From assembly GCA_031441465.1 (NCBI GenBank), contig JANOEP010000061.1, positions 32,001 through 96,000 on the forward strand: DNA of 64,000 nucleotides, read 5' to 3'. This document shows positions 45,420 to 57,623 of this stretch, one piece after another. Made by a program: the position numbers and the translations under genes. Source of the stretch: a bacterium (lineage in GTDB: Bacteria > Krumholzibacteriota > Krumholzibacteriia > LZORAL124-64-63). The notes below the pieces were generated by a model. It was given only the letters and a program-made list of their open reading frames with translations, was not told the origin of the DNA and did no database searches. Every line of letters starts with the position of its first letter. The first letter of the stretch is position 1.

Positions 45420-47291
45420 TCAAACCCGCAGCCCCGCCTCGGCCAGGAAGCGGCTGGGCGACTTCTTCGAGCAGACGAGGTCGAGGCGGTGGCGGGCGCG
45501 GGTCAGGGCGACGTAGAAGAGTCGCCGCTCGGCTTCCAGGCCGCCGTCGTCGGACACCGCGTGGGAGTGGGGGATCTGCCCGCGGTCGACCCCGTAGATG
45601 ATGACCCGGTCCCACTCTCGGCCCTTGGCGGCGTGGATGGTCGCCAGCTCGCACGTCCCTTCGATGTTGAACACCTCCTCCGCGCAGGCCCGCGCCACTT
45701 CGCGCAACAGGGCCGAAGTGCGCGCGAGCACGGCGATCGTGCCGGGTGCACCGTCGCGCCCCGGGGCGCCTTCCCGGATCATCGCGACGACGCGCAGCGC
45801 GCCCGCGGCGCGGTCGGTCAGGGCGTGGATGCGGATCCGCCCGCGGTGAGGCGCGCCCGGCCGCAGCGGCTTGCGGAAGCGGCGTCGGTTGTGCCGGATC
45901 AGCCGGCGCGAGGCGACGGTGATCCGACGGCCACAGCGGTAGTTCTTGATCAGCGGGTGCCGCTCGAGGTCGGGGTAGACCTGGTCCAGCTCGATCACCC
46001 GCTCGACCGAAGCCCGGCGCCAGGCGTAGATGCACTGGTCCTCGTCGCCGACGCAGAACAGCGAGTCCTGCGGGGAGGCGAGCAGGCCCACCAGCAGCGC
46101 CTGCGCGGGCTCGATGTCCTGGTACTCGTCGACCAGGACGTGGTCGAAGCGCGCCTGCCAGCGGCGGCGGATGTCGGCGTCGCGCTGCAGCAGCGTCACG
46201 GCGCCGGCGACCAGGTCGTCGAAGTCCAGACGGTCGTGTTCGTCCAGGTGGCGCTGGTAGAGGTCGAAGAGGCGCGCGGCGGTGCGGGTGCGCGCGTCCC
46301 CGCCCGCCGCCTGCGCCAGCGCCGCCTGCGGGCCGACCATCGCCGACAGCTTGAAGCCGCTGACGGCGTTGCGCGCCGCGGTCACGTCCAGCCCGACCCC
46401 GTCCGGTTCGGCGTTGCGGGCCTGCTCGGCGAGCCGCTTCCACGCGTCGTCGTCGACCTCGCCGATCCCCGCGCGCGTGCGCCCCTCCTGCTTCAGCAAC
46501 GCCAGGCCGAGGCCGTGGAAGCTGCGCACCGCGACGCCGGCCACGCCGGCGCGCTCCAGCCGCGCCGCGATCTCCAGCTTGGCGTCGCGGTTGAAGGTCG
46601 AGCAGAGGATGCGCTCCGGCGCGGCGCCGCGGTGCAGCAGTTCCTTGACCCGCTCGACCAGCACGGTGGTCTTGCCGCTGCCCGCCGGTGCGATCACCTG
46701 CACCACGCCCGTGCCGGCGCGCACCGCTCGGCACTGCTGGGGGTCGAGGGAGAGGGGGCGAGGCGGGGGCCTGTCGGGAGGCGGCTCGGCGCCGCGGCCG
46801 ACGAGGCGGTCCACCAGGCGCGACAGCCGGCCGCGACGGCGACCCCGACGGTTGACGGTTCCGCTGACGAGTGTCGCGTCCGGTGCGTCGTTCTGCGCGG
46901 CGAGCCAGCGCAGGCGCTCCAGCGTCCAGGGGTGGCGCCAGTCGGGATCGACGAACGCGTCCGGCTCGAGGGACTCCAGGTCGCGGTCGGCGTGGATCAG
47001 CAGGCGGCAACCGCGGCGCCGCGCGGGAGCAGCGAGGGTGCCGTGGATCAGGCGCAGGTCGTCGACCGAACCGCAGGGAACGTCGAGGACGGCGACCAGC
47101 TCGTGACGGGTGAAGACCGCGAGCAGCCGGGCGGTCGGGTTGGTCAGGGATCGGCGCGTTCCGCGGGGGCGGGTCGCCTGGACGGCGGCACGCCACCGCT
47201 CGTACTCGACCACGTGCCAGCCTTCCCGCGCCAGCCGGAGGGGGTCGGGGCGCGAAGTCGTCCAATTCAGGTCCGAGGTGAGGTGCTGCAA
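45420..47291 (-). CDS. UvrD/Rep-family SF1 helicase lacking subdomain 2B, with an unknown N-terminal domain (start uncertain)
   Basis: APAGSGKT, LVDEYQD, VGDEDQCIY.WR, NYR, TIHAAKGREW, ERRLFYVALTRA. Confidence 0.88.
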   Translation of the reverse strand: MQHLTSDLNWTTSRPDPLRLAREGWHVVEYERWRAAVQATRPRGTRRSLTNPTARLLAVFTRHELVAVLDVPCGSVDDLRLIHGTLAAPARRRGCRLLIHADRDLESLEPDAFVDPDWRHPWTLERLRWLAAQNDAPDATLVSGTVNRRGRRRGRLSRLVDRLVGRGAEPPPDRPPPRPLSLDPQQCRAVRAGTGVVQVIAPAGSGKTTVLVERVKELLHRGAAPERILCSTFNRDAKLEIAARLERAGVAGVAVRSFHGLGLALLKQEGRTRAGIGEVDDDAWKRLAEQARNAEPDGVGLDVTAARNAVSGFKLSAMVGPQAALAQAAGGDARTRTAARLFDLYQRHLDEHDRLDFDDLVAGAVTLLQRDADIRRRWQARFDHVLVDEYQDIEPAQALLVGLLASPQDSLFCVGDEDQCIYAWRRASVERVIELDQVYPDLERHPLIKNYRCGRRITVASRRLIRHNRRRFRKPLRPGAPHRGRIRIHALTDRAAGALRVVAMIREGAPGRDGAPGTIAVLARTSALLREVARACAEEVFNIEGTCELATIHAAKGREWDRVIIYGVDRGQIPHSHAVSDDGGLEAERRLFYVALTRARHRLDLVCSKKSPSRFLAEAGLRV

Positions 47292-47467
47292 CTGATTGCC
47301 TTTGCGACAGATCAAGCGCCTGGCCGGTGTGCGTCGGGGCCGGTGCAGCCGCCTCTTGCCCGGCCGAGCCATTCGGCGTAGCTTCAGATCGCCATCACCC
47401 GCCAGATGTCATTGTTGATCTGCTATCATCATGGACGTGCCCGATCCCCATCCTGCGAGGTGCCCCC

Positions 47468-49216
47468 ATGCCCGCTGCCAATCGCCGTGCCAAGCGGATG
47501 CTGGTCTTCACGGTCCTGGTATCCCTGTGCGCCGCCGCCGACCCGGCCTCCGCGTTCCTCGTGGCCCACTGGCGATTCGACGAGCCGGCGGGTTCGACCG
47601 CCGCACTCGACGAGACCGGCGGTCACGACGGAGCCGTGATCGGCGATGCGGCGTTCGGCGTCGTTGGCGTCGCGGGCCGCGCGCTCGCACTCGGCTTCGG
47701 CGGCGGCGGCGCCCTCGACATGGGCGACGTGCTCCCGTTCCAGGACGAGGATTTCTCGTTGGTGGTGTGGGTGAAGACCCTGCCGGGCGCAGCGGACGTG
47801 ATGTACCCGGTGAGTAAGCACGTCTCGGGCTTCGGCGGCTACCTCGTCGGCCTCAACACCGACGGCGTCTACGGCGCGCCGGGCAAAGCCTGGTTCTACG
47901 ACATCGGCGCGCCCGGCGAGCAGGCCTTTTCGACCACCGACATCAACGACGGGCAGTGGCACCAGATCGCCTGCGCCTACCAGCAGGGCGGCCTGCTGGG
48001 CATCTACGTCGACGGCACGCCGCGCGAGGACCTCCACGACGGGCCGATGAACCCCCTGACCGCGGCGAAGTTCGTGGTCGGCGGCTACGACGACGGCGGC
48101 GCGGTCCACGCCGGGTTCCAGGGCTGGATCGACGACGTCCAGGTCTACGATCACACGCTCCACCCCGACCAGGTCGGCTTCCTCTTCGCGAATCCCTCGT
48201 ACGTCCTGGGCGAGATCGGCGTCCATCCCGTCGCTCAGGGCCTCCGGCTGTGGCTGCGGGCCGATTCGGTGAAGCCGGTCGGGGACCAGCAACCCGTCGC
48301 GCTCTGGCCCGACCGCTCGGGGCAGGGCCTGCACGTCGCGCAGGCGGATCCGGCGTCTCGACCACGCTACGTCACCGGCAGCATGCACGCGTTTCCCGCG
48401 GTGCACTTCGACGGGAACGACTTCCTGATCCGCGACAACGTCGCCGGGTCGTCCCTGATGTCGGCGGACGAGGCGACCGTCTATCTCGTCGCGCGCCAGG
48501 ACGGCGCGGACGCCTACAACACCGTGCTCGGCTGGGGCTACACCAGCAACCGGCTGTTGGTGCACTACACGTGGGAAGGATGGCTGGTGTTCCAGCACGG
48601 GCCACCCACGAGCATCGGCGGGAACGGCGTATGGCCGTCGCCGGTCGGCTGGAACGACGCCTTCCACTTCGTGGAGCTTCGGCGTGAGAACGGGACGTTT
48701 TCCTGCGTGATCGACGGTGCCGATCAGGGCGACCAGGCCACCATCGGCGCGCCGAACCTGGAGTCGGTGCAGCCGCTGTTGGTCGGCTCGGACGCCTACC
48801 GCTTCAGCGACATGACCGGCGACATCAGCGAGATCCTGGTCTACGACCGCGCGCTCACGCCGCTGGAGCGCGACAGCATGCAGCTCTACTTCGAGTCTTA
48901 TTACTATCCGACTACGGTCGGCGCGGAGGCGACTCCCGCCTCCCGGCCCGCGCTCGAGGTCGCGCCCAATCCCTTCAACCCGCGCACGGTCGTCGCCTTC
49001 ACGCTGCCGCAGGCGGGGGAGGTTGCCGTGGCGGTCCACGACGTCCAGGGTCGCCTGGTGTGCCGACTCGCCGGCGGCCGTTTCGCCGCCGGCCGGCACG
49101 AACTCGTCTGGGACGGGCGGGACGATCGGGGTCGCGAGGCGGGCGCGGGCGTCTACCTGGTGCGGCTGACCGCGCCCCTGGGCGGTGCCGTGACTCGGGT
49201 CGTCCTGATCAAGTAG
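47468..49216 (+). CDS. Secreted LamG/ConA-like lectin-domain protein with C-terminal FlgD-Ig-like domain
   Basis: Signal peptide; LVAHWRFDE, DGQWHQI, GWIDDVQVYD, GDISEILVYDRAL; APNPFNP...WDGRD...GVY. Confidence 0.82.
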   Translation: MPAANRRAKRMLVFTVLVSLCAAADPASAFLVAHWRFDEPAGSTAALDETGGHDGAVIGDAAFGVVGVAGRALALGFGGGGALDMGDVLPFQDEDFSLVVWVKTLPGAADVMYPVSKHVSGFGGYLVGLNTDGVYGAPGKAWFYDIGAPGEQAFSTTDINDGQWHQIACAYQQGGLLGIYVDGTPREDLHDGPMNPLTAAKFVVGGYDDGGAVHAGFQGWIDDVQVYDHTLHPDQVGFLFANPSYVLGEIGVHPVAQGLRLWLRADSVKPVGDQQPVALWPDRSGQGLHVAQADPASRPRYVTGSMHAFPAVHFDGNDFLIRDNVAGSSLMSADEATVYLVARQDGADAYNTVLGWGYTSNRLLVHYTWEGWLVFQHGPPTSIGGNGVWPSPVGWNDAFHFVELRRENGTFSCVIDGADQGDQATIGAPNLESVQPLLVGSDAYRFSDMTGDISEILVYDRALTPLERDSMQLYFESYYYPTTVGAEATPASRPALEVAPNPFNPRTVVAFTLPQAGEVAVAVHDVQGRLVCRLAGGRFAAGRHELVWDGRDDRGREAGAGVYLVRLTAPLGGAVTRVVLIK

Positions 49217-49378
49217 CTTCGAGACGGGCCTGGGTATCCGATTCCGATTCCGCGTCCGCACGCGCCGGCGTGCGGACGTTTCCGTGTTGCCGGACCCACG
49301 ACTTGAACTTATCAATGAGGACGACACTCAATCGCAATATCCGGCCGCCCCGGCGGCCTCGCCCAGGAGGACACCCCC

Positions 49379-49702
49379 ATGATCAACCTCACCCAGAACG
49401 CTCAGCATGAACTCAAGCGCCTGGCCACCCGCGACGGTCTGAACGCCCCGGTCGTCGTGCTGGGCGTCGACAGCGGCGGCTGCTCCGGCTTCAGCTACCG
49501 CATGGGCATGGACACGCGCGTCCAGGACGGGTTCCAGGCTTTCACCTACGAGGGCTTGACCGTGGCCTGTGCGCCGGACGCCCTGCCGTTCTTCAAGGAC
49601 ATGGAGATCGATTTTTCGAAGGACCTCATCGGCGGCGGTTTCAAGTTCCGCAACCCGAACGCCAAGGGGACCTGCAGCTGCGGGACGTCGTTCCGCGTCT
49701 GA
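49379..49702 (+). CDS. A-type Fe-S carrier (IscA/HesB family)
   Basis: GGCSGFSY and NPNA..TCSCGTSF. Confidence 0.92.
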   Translation: MINLTQNAQHELKRLATRDGLNAPVVVLGVDSGGCSGFSYRMGMDTRVQDGFQAFTYEGLTVACAPDALPFFKDMEIDFSKDLIGGGFKFRNPNAKGTCSCGTSFRV

Positions 49703-49715
49703 TGCGGATTTCGGA

Positions 49716-49760
49716 GGCCCGTTGACCAAGAAGTTGCCTTGACGGGCCGTTATTTGTTTG
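49716..49760 (+). terminator. Probable intrinsic terminator after the iscA-like gene
   Basis: GGCCCGTTGA...TTGACGGGCC stem followed by GTTATTTGTTT. Confidence 0.5.
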
Positions 49761-49893
49761 CCCTAATCGGACCGATCCGCTAGCATTTCCGGCGCTTGGG
49801 CCGGGTTGTCCCGGTTCGTCCCCTGGTGAAAATGAAATCGCGCCGCCAATCGCGCGGCCTCACGCCCTCGGGCGGAACGCGGGAGCAGCCCCT

Positions 49894-50580
49894 TTGGATT
49901 CCCAGCAGAAGGACCCCCGGCGGGACGGGCCAGATCCTTTCCGGTTTCCCAAATGGACCAACGCGATCCGCCTCCCGGTCACCCTGGCGGCGGCGCTGGC
50001 TCCCCTCTTCATCCTCGGTCTTCTGTACCTGCTCTTCTCGCCGGGCGCGACCAGCGTGGGCTACCAGCCCGCGCAGCCGGTGCCGTACAGCCACCAGCTC
50101 CACGCCGGCCTGCTCGGCATCGACTGCCGCTACTGCCACACTGGCGTGGAGACGGGCGCGGCGGCGACCCTGCCGCCGACCTCGGTCTGCATGAACTGCC
50201 ACGCCACGGTGCGCGCGCAGAGCGAGAAGCTGCAGCTCGTGCGCGAGAGCTTCGCGACCGGGATGCCGATCCCCTGGGTCCGCGTCCACGACCTGCCCGA
50301 CTTCGTCTACTTCGACCACAGCGCCCACGTGCGGCGCGGCGTCGGCTGCGAGAGCTGCCACGGCCGCATCGACAAGATGGAAGTCGTGCGCCAGTTCGCC
50401 GGCCTGAACATGGCCTGGTGCCTGGAGTGCCACCGCGATCCCGTCCCGCACCTGCGTCCCGAGGACGCGGTGACGGTCATGGGCTACGTGCCCGACGAAC
50501 CCCAGATCGAACTGGGCCGCCGGCTGCGCGACGCCCGTCACATCACTCCGAAGACGGATTGCTCCACATGTCATCGATGA
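49894..50580 (+). CDS. actA: Alternative complex III pentaheme cytochrome c ActA
   Basis: N-terminal TM helix; five CxxCH (CRYCH, CMNCH, CESCH, CLECH, CSTCH); QPVPYSH, LPDFVYFDHSAH. Confidence 0.92.
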   Translation: MDSQQKDPRRDGPDPFRFPKWTNAIRLPVTLAAALAPLFILGLLYLLFSPGATSVGYQPAQPVPYSHQLHAGLLGIDCRYCHTGVETGAAATLPPTSVCMNCHATVRAQSEKLQLVRESFATGMPIPWVRVHDLPDFVYFDHSAHVRRGVGCESCHGRIDKMEVVRQFAGLNMAWCLECHRDPVPHLRPEDAVTVMGYVPDEPQIELGRRLRDARHITPKTDCSTCHR

Positions 50581-53500
50581 ACCAGAACGGCCTCGACCAC
50601 AATTACTGGCGCAGCCTGCAGGAACTGTCGGACGAGCCCGAGTTCCGCCGCTTCCTCGAGGGCGAGTTCCCCGAGCCCGCAGAGGTGCCGACCGACGCGA
50701 TGTCGCGACGGCGTTTCCTGCAGGTCATGGGCGCCTCGGTGGCCATGGCCAGCCTCGTCGGCTGCCGCTGGCCGCAGGAGACCATCGTGCCCTTCGCGAG
50801 CCGGCCCGAGGGCGTCACGCCCGGCACGGCGCGCCGCTACGCGACGGTCATGGAACTGGCCGGCGCGGTCAGCCCGCTGCTGGTGACCAGCTTCGACGGC
50901 CGCCCGATCAAGGTCGAGGGCAATCCCGATCACCCGCTGAGCCAAGGCGCCTGCGACCTGTTCGCACAGGCCGGACTGCTCGAACTGTACGACCCCGACC
51001 GCAGCCGCCACGTGCTGGAGCGCGAGGGCGGTCGCCCCCGCCGTCGCTCCCTCGGCGATGGGGAGGCCGCGGCCGCCGCCGCCTTCACGGCGCTGCGCGC
51101 GCGCCGGGGCGCCGGACTCGCCGTGCTGAGCGAGGCCAGCAGCTCGCCCACGTTCGCGGCGCTGCGCGGCCGCCTGCGCGACGAGCTGCCCGAAGCCGCC
51201 TGGTACGAGTACGAGCCGGTCTCGCGCGACAACGAGCGTCTCGCCACCGGCCTGGCCTTCGGCGAGGCGCGACGCGTGCGCGTCGACCCGGGCGCCGCCC
51301 GGGTGCTGGCCTGCTTCGACGCCGACCTGCTGCTGGACCATCCCACGGCCCTGCGCAACGCTCGCGGCTTCGCGAACGGGCGCCGCGCCGAGGACGGCGA
51401 GATGAACCGCCTCTACGTCGTCGAGAGCGACCTGAGCCTCACCGGCGGCATGGCTGACCATCGCGTCGCGATGCCGAGCCTGGAGATCCCGCGCGCCCTC
51501 TACGGGCTGGCCGCCGAACTGGTGCTGGGCCGCGGCCTCTCCCTGCCGCCGGGCTACGAGTCCGTGCTGCCGGCGCTCGAGCACGTCCGCGCCGCGGGCC
51601 ACGCGCCGGCCTGGATGGGTGCGATGGCGGGTGACCTGCTCGCCCACCGCGGGGAGTCGCTGGTGGCGGTGGGCCCGCGCCAGCCCGACCACGTGCACGT
51701 GCTGGCGATCCTGCTGAACGAGGTCCTGGGCAACACCGGCCGCACTGTGACCTACGGTCCCGATGACCAGCGCGGCCTGTCGCACGGCGCGGCCATCGCG
51801 ACCCTGGCCGTGACCATGGGCAAGGGGCAGGTGCAGTCCCTGGTGATCCTGGGCGGCAACCCCGTCCACGACGCACCCGCCGACCTGGATTTCGGCGGCC
51901 TGCTGGACCGGGTCGCCGAGTCCTGGCACCTGTCGCTGTTCGTGGACGAGACGTCGCAGCACTGCCGCTGGCACCTGCCGCGCGCCCACTGGCTCGAGTC
52001 CTGGCACGACGTGCGCGACCACGACGGCCGCTACGCCGTGGCCCAGCCGCTGATCGCGCCCCTGTACGACGGCTGGACGCCGGCGGAACTGCTGTCGCTG
52101 CTGCTGGACGGCGTCCGCCGCCCGGCCCACGACCTGGTGCGCGCCACGGCCGACCGTGAGCCGGGCGCCGGCGACTGGGAAGCCCTGCTGCACCGCGGTT
52201 TCGCCGCCGCGCTGCCCGTCGAGAAGGCGGCCGCCCTGGACGGCCGAGGTGTCGTCGCCGCCGTGCGCCGAGGCGGCATGGCGAAACCGGCGGAGGTCGG
52301 TCGTGAGAACCTGGAACTGGTGTTCGTGCGCGACCCGTCGCTGCACGACGGGCGTTTCGCCAACAACGCCTGGCTGCAGGAACTGCCCGACTTCATGACC
52401 AAGCTGGTCTGGGACAACGCCGCGCTGTTCGGCGTGTCCACGGCCGCCGCGCTGGACGTCGCCCACGGCGACGTCGTCGAACTGCAGCTGGGCGAGCGCC
52501 GGCTGGAAGCCGCCGTCTACGTGCTGCCGGGCCACGCGCCCTGGTCGGTGAGCCTGAGCCTGGGCCACGGCCGTACCGCCGCCGGCGGCGTCGGCAACGG
52601 CACCGGCTTCCGCGCCTACGCGCTGCGCAACTCGTCGGCGCTCGACGCGGCCGCCGGCCTGAAGGTCGTCCGCACCGGCCGCAGCCACCGGCTGGCCACG
52701 ACCCAGGACCACCACGCCATCGACGCGGTCGGCATGCGCGAGCGCGAGAAGCGCTCGCGGTCGCTGGTCGTTTCCGGCACCCTCGCGGAGTACCGCGAAC
52801 ACCCGGACTTCGCCGCGCACCGCACGCACCACCCGCCGCTGGTCTCGCTGTGGAAGGAGCGTCCGCGCGAGGGATTCGCCTGGGGCATGACCATCGACCT
52901 GAGCACCTGCATCGGCTGCAACGCCTGCGTCGTGGCCTGCCAGGCGGAGAACAACATCCCGGTCGTCGGCAAGGACCAGGTGGCCAAGGGCCGCGAGCTG
53001 CACTGGCTGCGGCTGGACCGCTACTTCCAGGGCGACCCGGACGCGCCCGCGGTCGCGCACCAGCCGGTGGCCTGCGTGCACTGCGAACTGGCCCCCTGCG
53101 AGCAGGTCTGTCCGGTGAACGCGACCATGCACAACGAGGACGGCCTGAACGTCATGGCCTACAACCGCTGCGTGGGCACGCGCTACTGCTCGAACAACTG
53201 CCCCTACAAGGTGCGCCGCTTCAACTGGTTCAACTTCAACAGCGACATCCCGGACGTCCGCAAGCTCGTCTACAACCCCGAGGTGACCCTGCGCTCCCGC
53301 GGCGTCATGGAGAAGTGCACCTACTGCGTGCAGCGCATCGAGACGGTGAAGATCGACGCCAAGAACGAGGGGCGCCCCGTGCGCGACGGCGAGGTCGTCA
53401 CGGCCTGCCAGCAGACCTGCCCCACGCAGGCCATCGTCTTCGGCGACCTGAACGACCCGCAGAGCCGCGTGACGAAGCTGACGACCGGCGACCGCGCCTA

Positions 53501-53589
53501 CCACCTGCTCGCGGAGCTGAACGTGAAGCCGCGCACGGCCTTCCTGGCCCGCCTGCGCAATCCGAACCCCGAACTCGCGGAGAGCGCCG

Positions 53590-53609
<20 letters not shown>
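50577..53609 (+). CDS. actB: Alternative complex III ActB (molybdopterin-oxidoreductase-like plus Fe-S domain)
   Basis: YWRSL.EL, Tat SRRRFL...[53 protein letters not shown]. Confidence 0.93.
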
Positions 53610-55035
<1,426 letters not shown>

Positions 55036-55069
55036 GGGCGCGCGGGCGCCCCGGGAAGAGCGAGTGACG

Positions 55070-55615
55070 ATGGCGACACGAGCGACGCACGGCCTCTACG
55101 GCTACCTCGCGGAGTTCCGCGAGCCGTGGGACCTCATCGACGCGGCCGCGAAGGTCCGCGACGCCGGCTACACCCGCTGGGACTGCCACACGCCGTTCCC
55201 GTTGCACGGGCTGGACCACGCCATGGGGATCCGCGGCACGCGCCTGCCCTGGCTGGTGCTCTGCGGCGGCCTGACCGGCCTGACTGCGGCGCTGCTGATG
55301 CAGTGGTGGATGAACGCCCACGACTACCCGTACCTGATCAGCGGCAAGCCGCTGTTCGGGCTGCCGGCGGTGGTCCCGGTCACCTTCGAGCTGACGGTGC
55401 TGCTGAGCGCGCTGACGACGTTCTTCGCGATGTGGGGGCTGAACCTGCTGCCGCAGCACCACCACCCGCTGTTCAACAGCGAGCGGTTCCGGCGCGCGAC
55501 GTCCGACCGCTTCTTCATCTCGATCGAGGCGCGCGACCCCCTGTTCCAGGGCGAGCGCACGCGCGAGTTCCTGGCGGGCCTGGGCGCCGACGCCGTCGAG
55601 CCCGTGGAGGACTGA
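55070..55615 (+). CDS. actD: Alternative complex III ActD (DUF3341)
   Basis: DCHTPFPLHGLD, SGKP...P..VPVTFELTVL, DRFFI. Confidence 0.9.
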   Translation: MATRATHGLYGYLAEFREPWDLIDAAAKVRDAGYTRWDCHTPFPLHGLDHAMGIRGTRLPWLVLCGGLTGLTAALLMQWWMNAHDYPYLISGKPLFGLPAVVPVTFELTVLLSALTTFFAMWGLNLLPQHHHPLFNSERFRRATSDRFFISIEARDPLFQGERTREFLAGLGADAVEPVED

Positions 55616-55618
55616 CCG

Positions 55619-56332
55619 ATGCCGAGAATCATCAAGTCCGCCGCCGTGGTGCTGACCCTGCTCGCCCTGATCCCGGTGCTGGCGCTGGTCAAGGCCCGCG
55701 TCACCGACAGCGGGCGGACGCGGCTGTCGCTCGTCTACGACATGGACGACCAGGCCAAGGTCAAGACCCAGCGCGCCAGCGAACTGTTCGCCGACGGCCG
55801 CGCCATGCGGCCGCCGCCGGCAGGCACCGTCGCCCGCGACGAGCTGGTCGGCCGGGACCGCCTGCGCGACGGCCGCGTCGACACCACGTGGGTGGAGACG
55901 TTTCCGACGCCGGTCACACGCGCGATGGTCGAGCGCGGCCGCGAGCGTTTCGGCGTCTACTGCGCACCGTGCCACGGCCTGGCCGGCAACGGCGACGGCA
56001 TCGTCGCCAAGCGGGCCGAGGCCCTGAGGGAGGGCACCTGGGTGCCGCCGTCGAACCTGGTCGACGCCGCAGTCCGGGCGCGGCCCGTCGGCCATCTCTA
56101 CAACACGATCCGCCACGGCATCCGCAAGATGCCGGCCTACGGTTCCCAGATCGGCGTCGAGGACCGCTGGGCGATCGTGGCTTACGTGCGCGCCCTGCAG
56201 GCCGCGCAGGCCGGTGCGCCCGCGGACCTGGAGCCGGCGGACCTCGCCGCGCTCGGCCCGCCGCCCGCACCGGCGCCCGCTGCACCGGCGGCGACGACAA
56301 CCGCGACGGCGGCGGCGCCGCCGCCGCAGTAG
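55619..56332 (+). CDS. actE: Alternative complex III monoheme cytochrome c ActE
   Basis: DMDDQ.K, PPAGTVAR, CAPCHG..G.GDG, MPAY, DRWAIVAYVRALQ. Confidence 0.9.
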   Translation: MPRIIKSAAVVLTLLALIPVLALVKARVTDSGRTRLSLVYDMDDQAKVKTQRASELFADGRAMRPPPAGTVARDELVGRDRLRDGRVDTTWVETFPTPVTRAMVERGRERFGVYCAPCHGLAGNGDGIVAKRAEALREGTWVPPSNLVDAAVRARPVGHLYNTIRHGIRKMPAYGSQIGVEDRWAIVAYVRALQAAQAGAPADLEPADLAALGPPPAPAPAAPAATTTATAAAPPPQ

Positions 56333-56380
56333 TGAAGGCGGCGCCCCCCGGCGCCGCGAACCCGACGGGAGCGTGAGGTT

Positions 56381-57604
56381 TTGTCTCAACACGCACGACG
56401 TGACGTGGCCGTCCTGGACGGCGACAACCTGGTCCTCGGCGGCGCCGCCCGGCGCATCGCCTTGGGTGGGCTCGCGGTCGGGGCGGTCGGGCTGGGGACC
56501 GGCTTCCTGCTGGGCCGCGCCGCCGGCGACGGCATGCGGCACTTCCTGCACGCCTGGCTGCTGAACTGGCTGTTCTTCCTGTCGCTGTCGCTGGGCGCGC
56601 TGTGGTTCGTGCCGTTGCAGCACCTGACGCGGTCGACCTGGAGCGCGGTGGTGCGGCGCCTGGCCGAGATCGTCTCGGGCACGCTGCCGCTGATGGCGCT
56701 GCTGTCGCTGCCGGTGCTGCTGAACCTGGGCGCGGTCTACGGCTGGGCCGACACGTCCCGCGCCGTCGCCGACCCGCTGCTCGCGCACAAGGCGGGCTGG
56801 CTGAACCCCGGCTTTTTCACGCTGCGGATCGCCTTCTACTTCGCCGTCTGGATCGCGCTGGCCACGATCTTCCGCCGGCGCTCCCTGCGGCAGGACGCGA
56901 CGGGCGACCCCGCGATCACCGCCGGTTCGGAGCGGCTGGGCGGGCCCGCGCTGATCCTCTACGGGCTGACGCAGACCTTCGCGGCCTTCGACCTGCTGAT
57001 GAGCCTCGACGCCCACTGGTTCAGCACCATGTTCGGCGTCTACTGGTTCGCCGGCATCGTGGTCAGCTTCTTCGCGTTGATGACGCTGCTGACCGCCGGC
57101 CTGCAGCGCTCGGGCCGTCTGGTTCACGCGGTGACCCTCGAGCACTTCAACGACTACGGCCGGGCCATGTTCGCCTTCGTCTTCTTCTGGGCCTACATCG
57201 CCTTCAGCCAGTACATGCTGATCTGGTACGCGAACATCCCCGAGGAGACGGGCTGGTTCCTGCGCCGCCAGGAGAACGGCTGGGCGGCGGTGGGCTACCT
57301 GCTGATCTTCGGCCACTGGCTGATCCCCTTCGCCGGGCTGATGTCGCGCTTCACCAAGCGGCGCGTGCGGCTGATGGCGTTCTGGGCGGTCTGGATCCTG
57401 GTCATGCACTGGGTCGACCTGTTCTGGCTGATCATGCCCGAGCTGAGCCCGGGCGGGATCCCGCTGCGCCTGATGGACGCGGCCCTGCTGGTGGGCATGG
57501 GCGGCCTCTACGCGGCGGCGCTGGCCTGGGTGGCCGGGCCGCGCCTGCTGATCGCACGGCGCGACCCGCGGCTGCAGGCTTCGCTGAATTTCGAGAACTA
57601 CTAG
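56381..57604 (+). CDS. actF: Alternative complex III ActF
   Basis: Polytopic membrane protein; DLLMSLD.HWFSTMFG, FSQYMLIWYANIPEET. Confidence 0.9.
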   Translation: MSQHARRDVAVLDGDNLVLGGAARRIALGGLAVGAVGLGTGFLLGRAAGDGMRHFLHAWLLNWLFFLSLSLGALWFVPLQHLTRSTWSAVVRRLAEIVSGTLPLMALLSLPVLLNLGAVYGWADTSRAVADPLLAHKAGWLNPGFFTLRIAFYFAVWIALATIFRRRSLRQDATGDPAITAGSERLGGPALILYGLTQTFAAFDLLMSLDAHWFSTMFGVYWFAGIVVSFFALMTLLTAGLQRSGRLVHAVTLEHFNDYGRAMFAFVFFWAYIAFSQYMLIWYANIPEETGWFLRRQENGWAAVGYLLIFGHWLIPFAGLMSRFTKRRVRLMAFWAVWILVMHWVDLFWLIMPELSPGGIPLRLMDAALLVGMGGLYAAALAWVAGPRLLIARRDPRLQASLNFENY

Positions 57605-57623
57605 ACGGGAGGGGCGCGAGCCC

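Noticed and set aside
44579..47291. Gabija or Qat defence system
   Set aside because: No OLD/TOPRIM ATPase-nuclease or QueC/ATPase partners; tatD next to tcdA is a common housekeeping arrangement.
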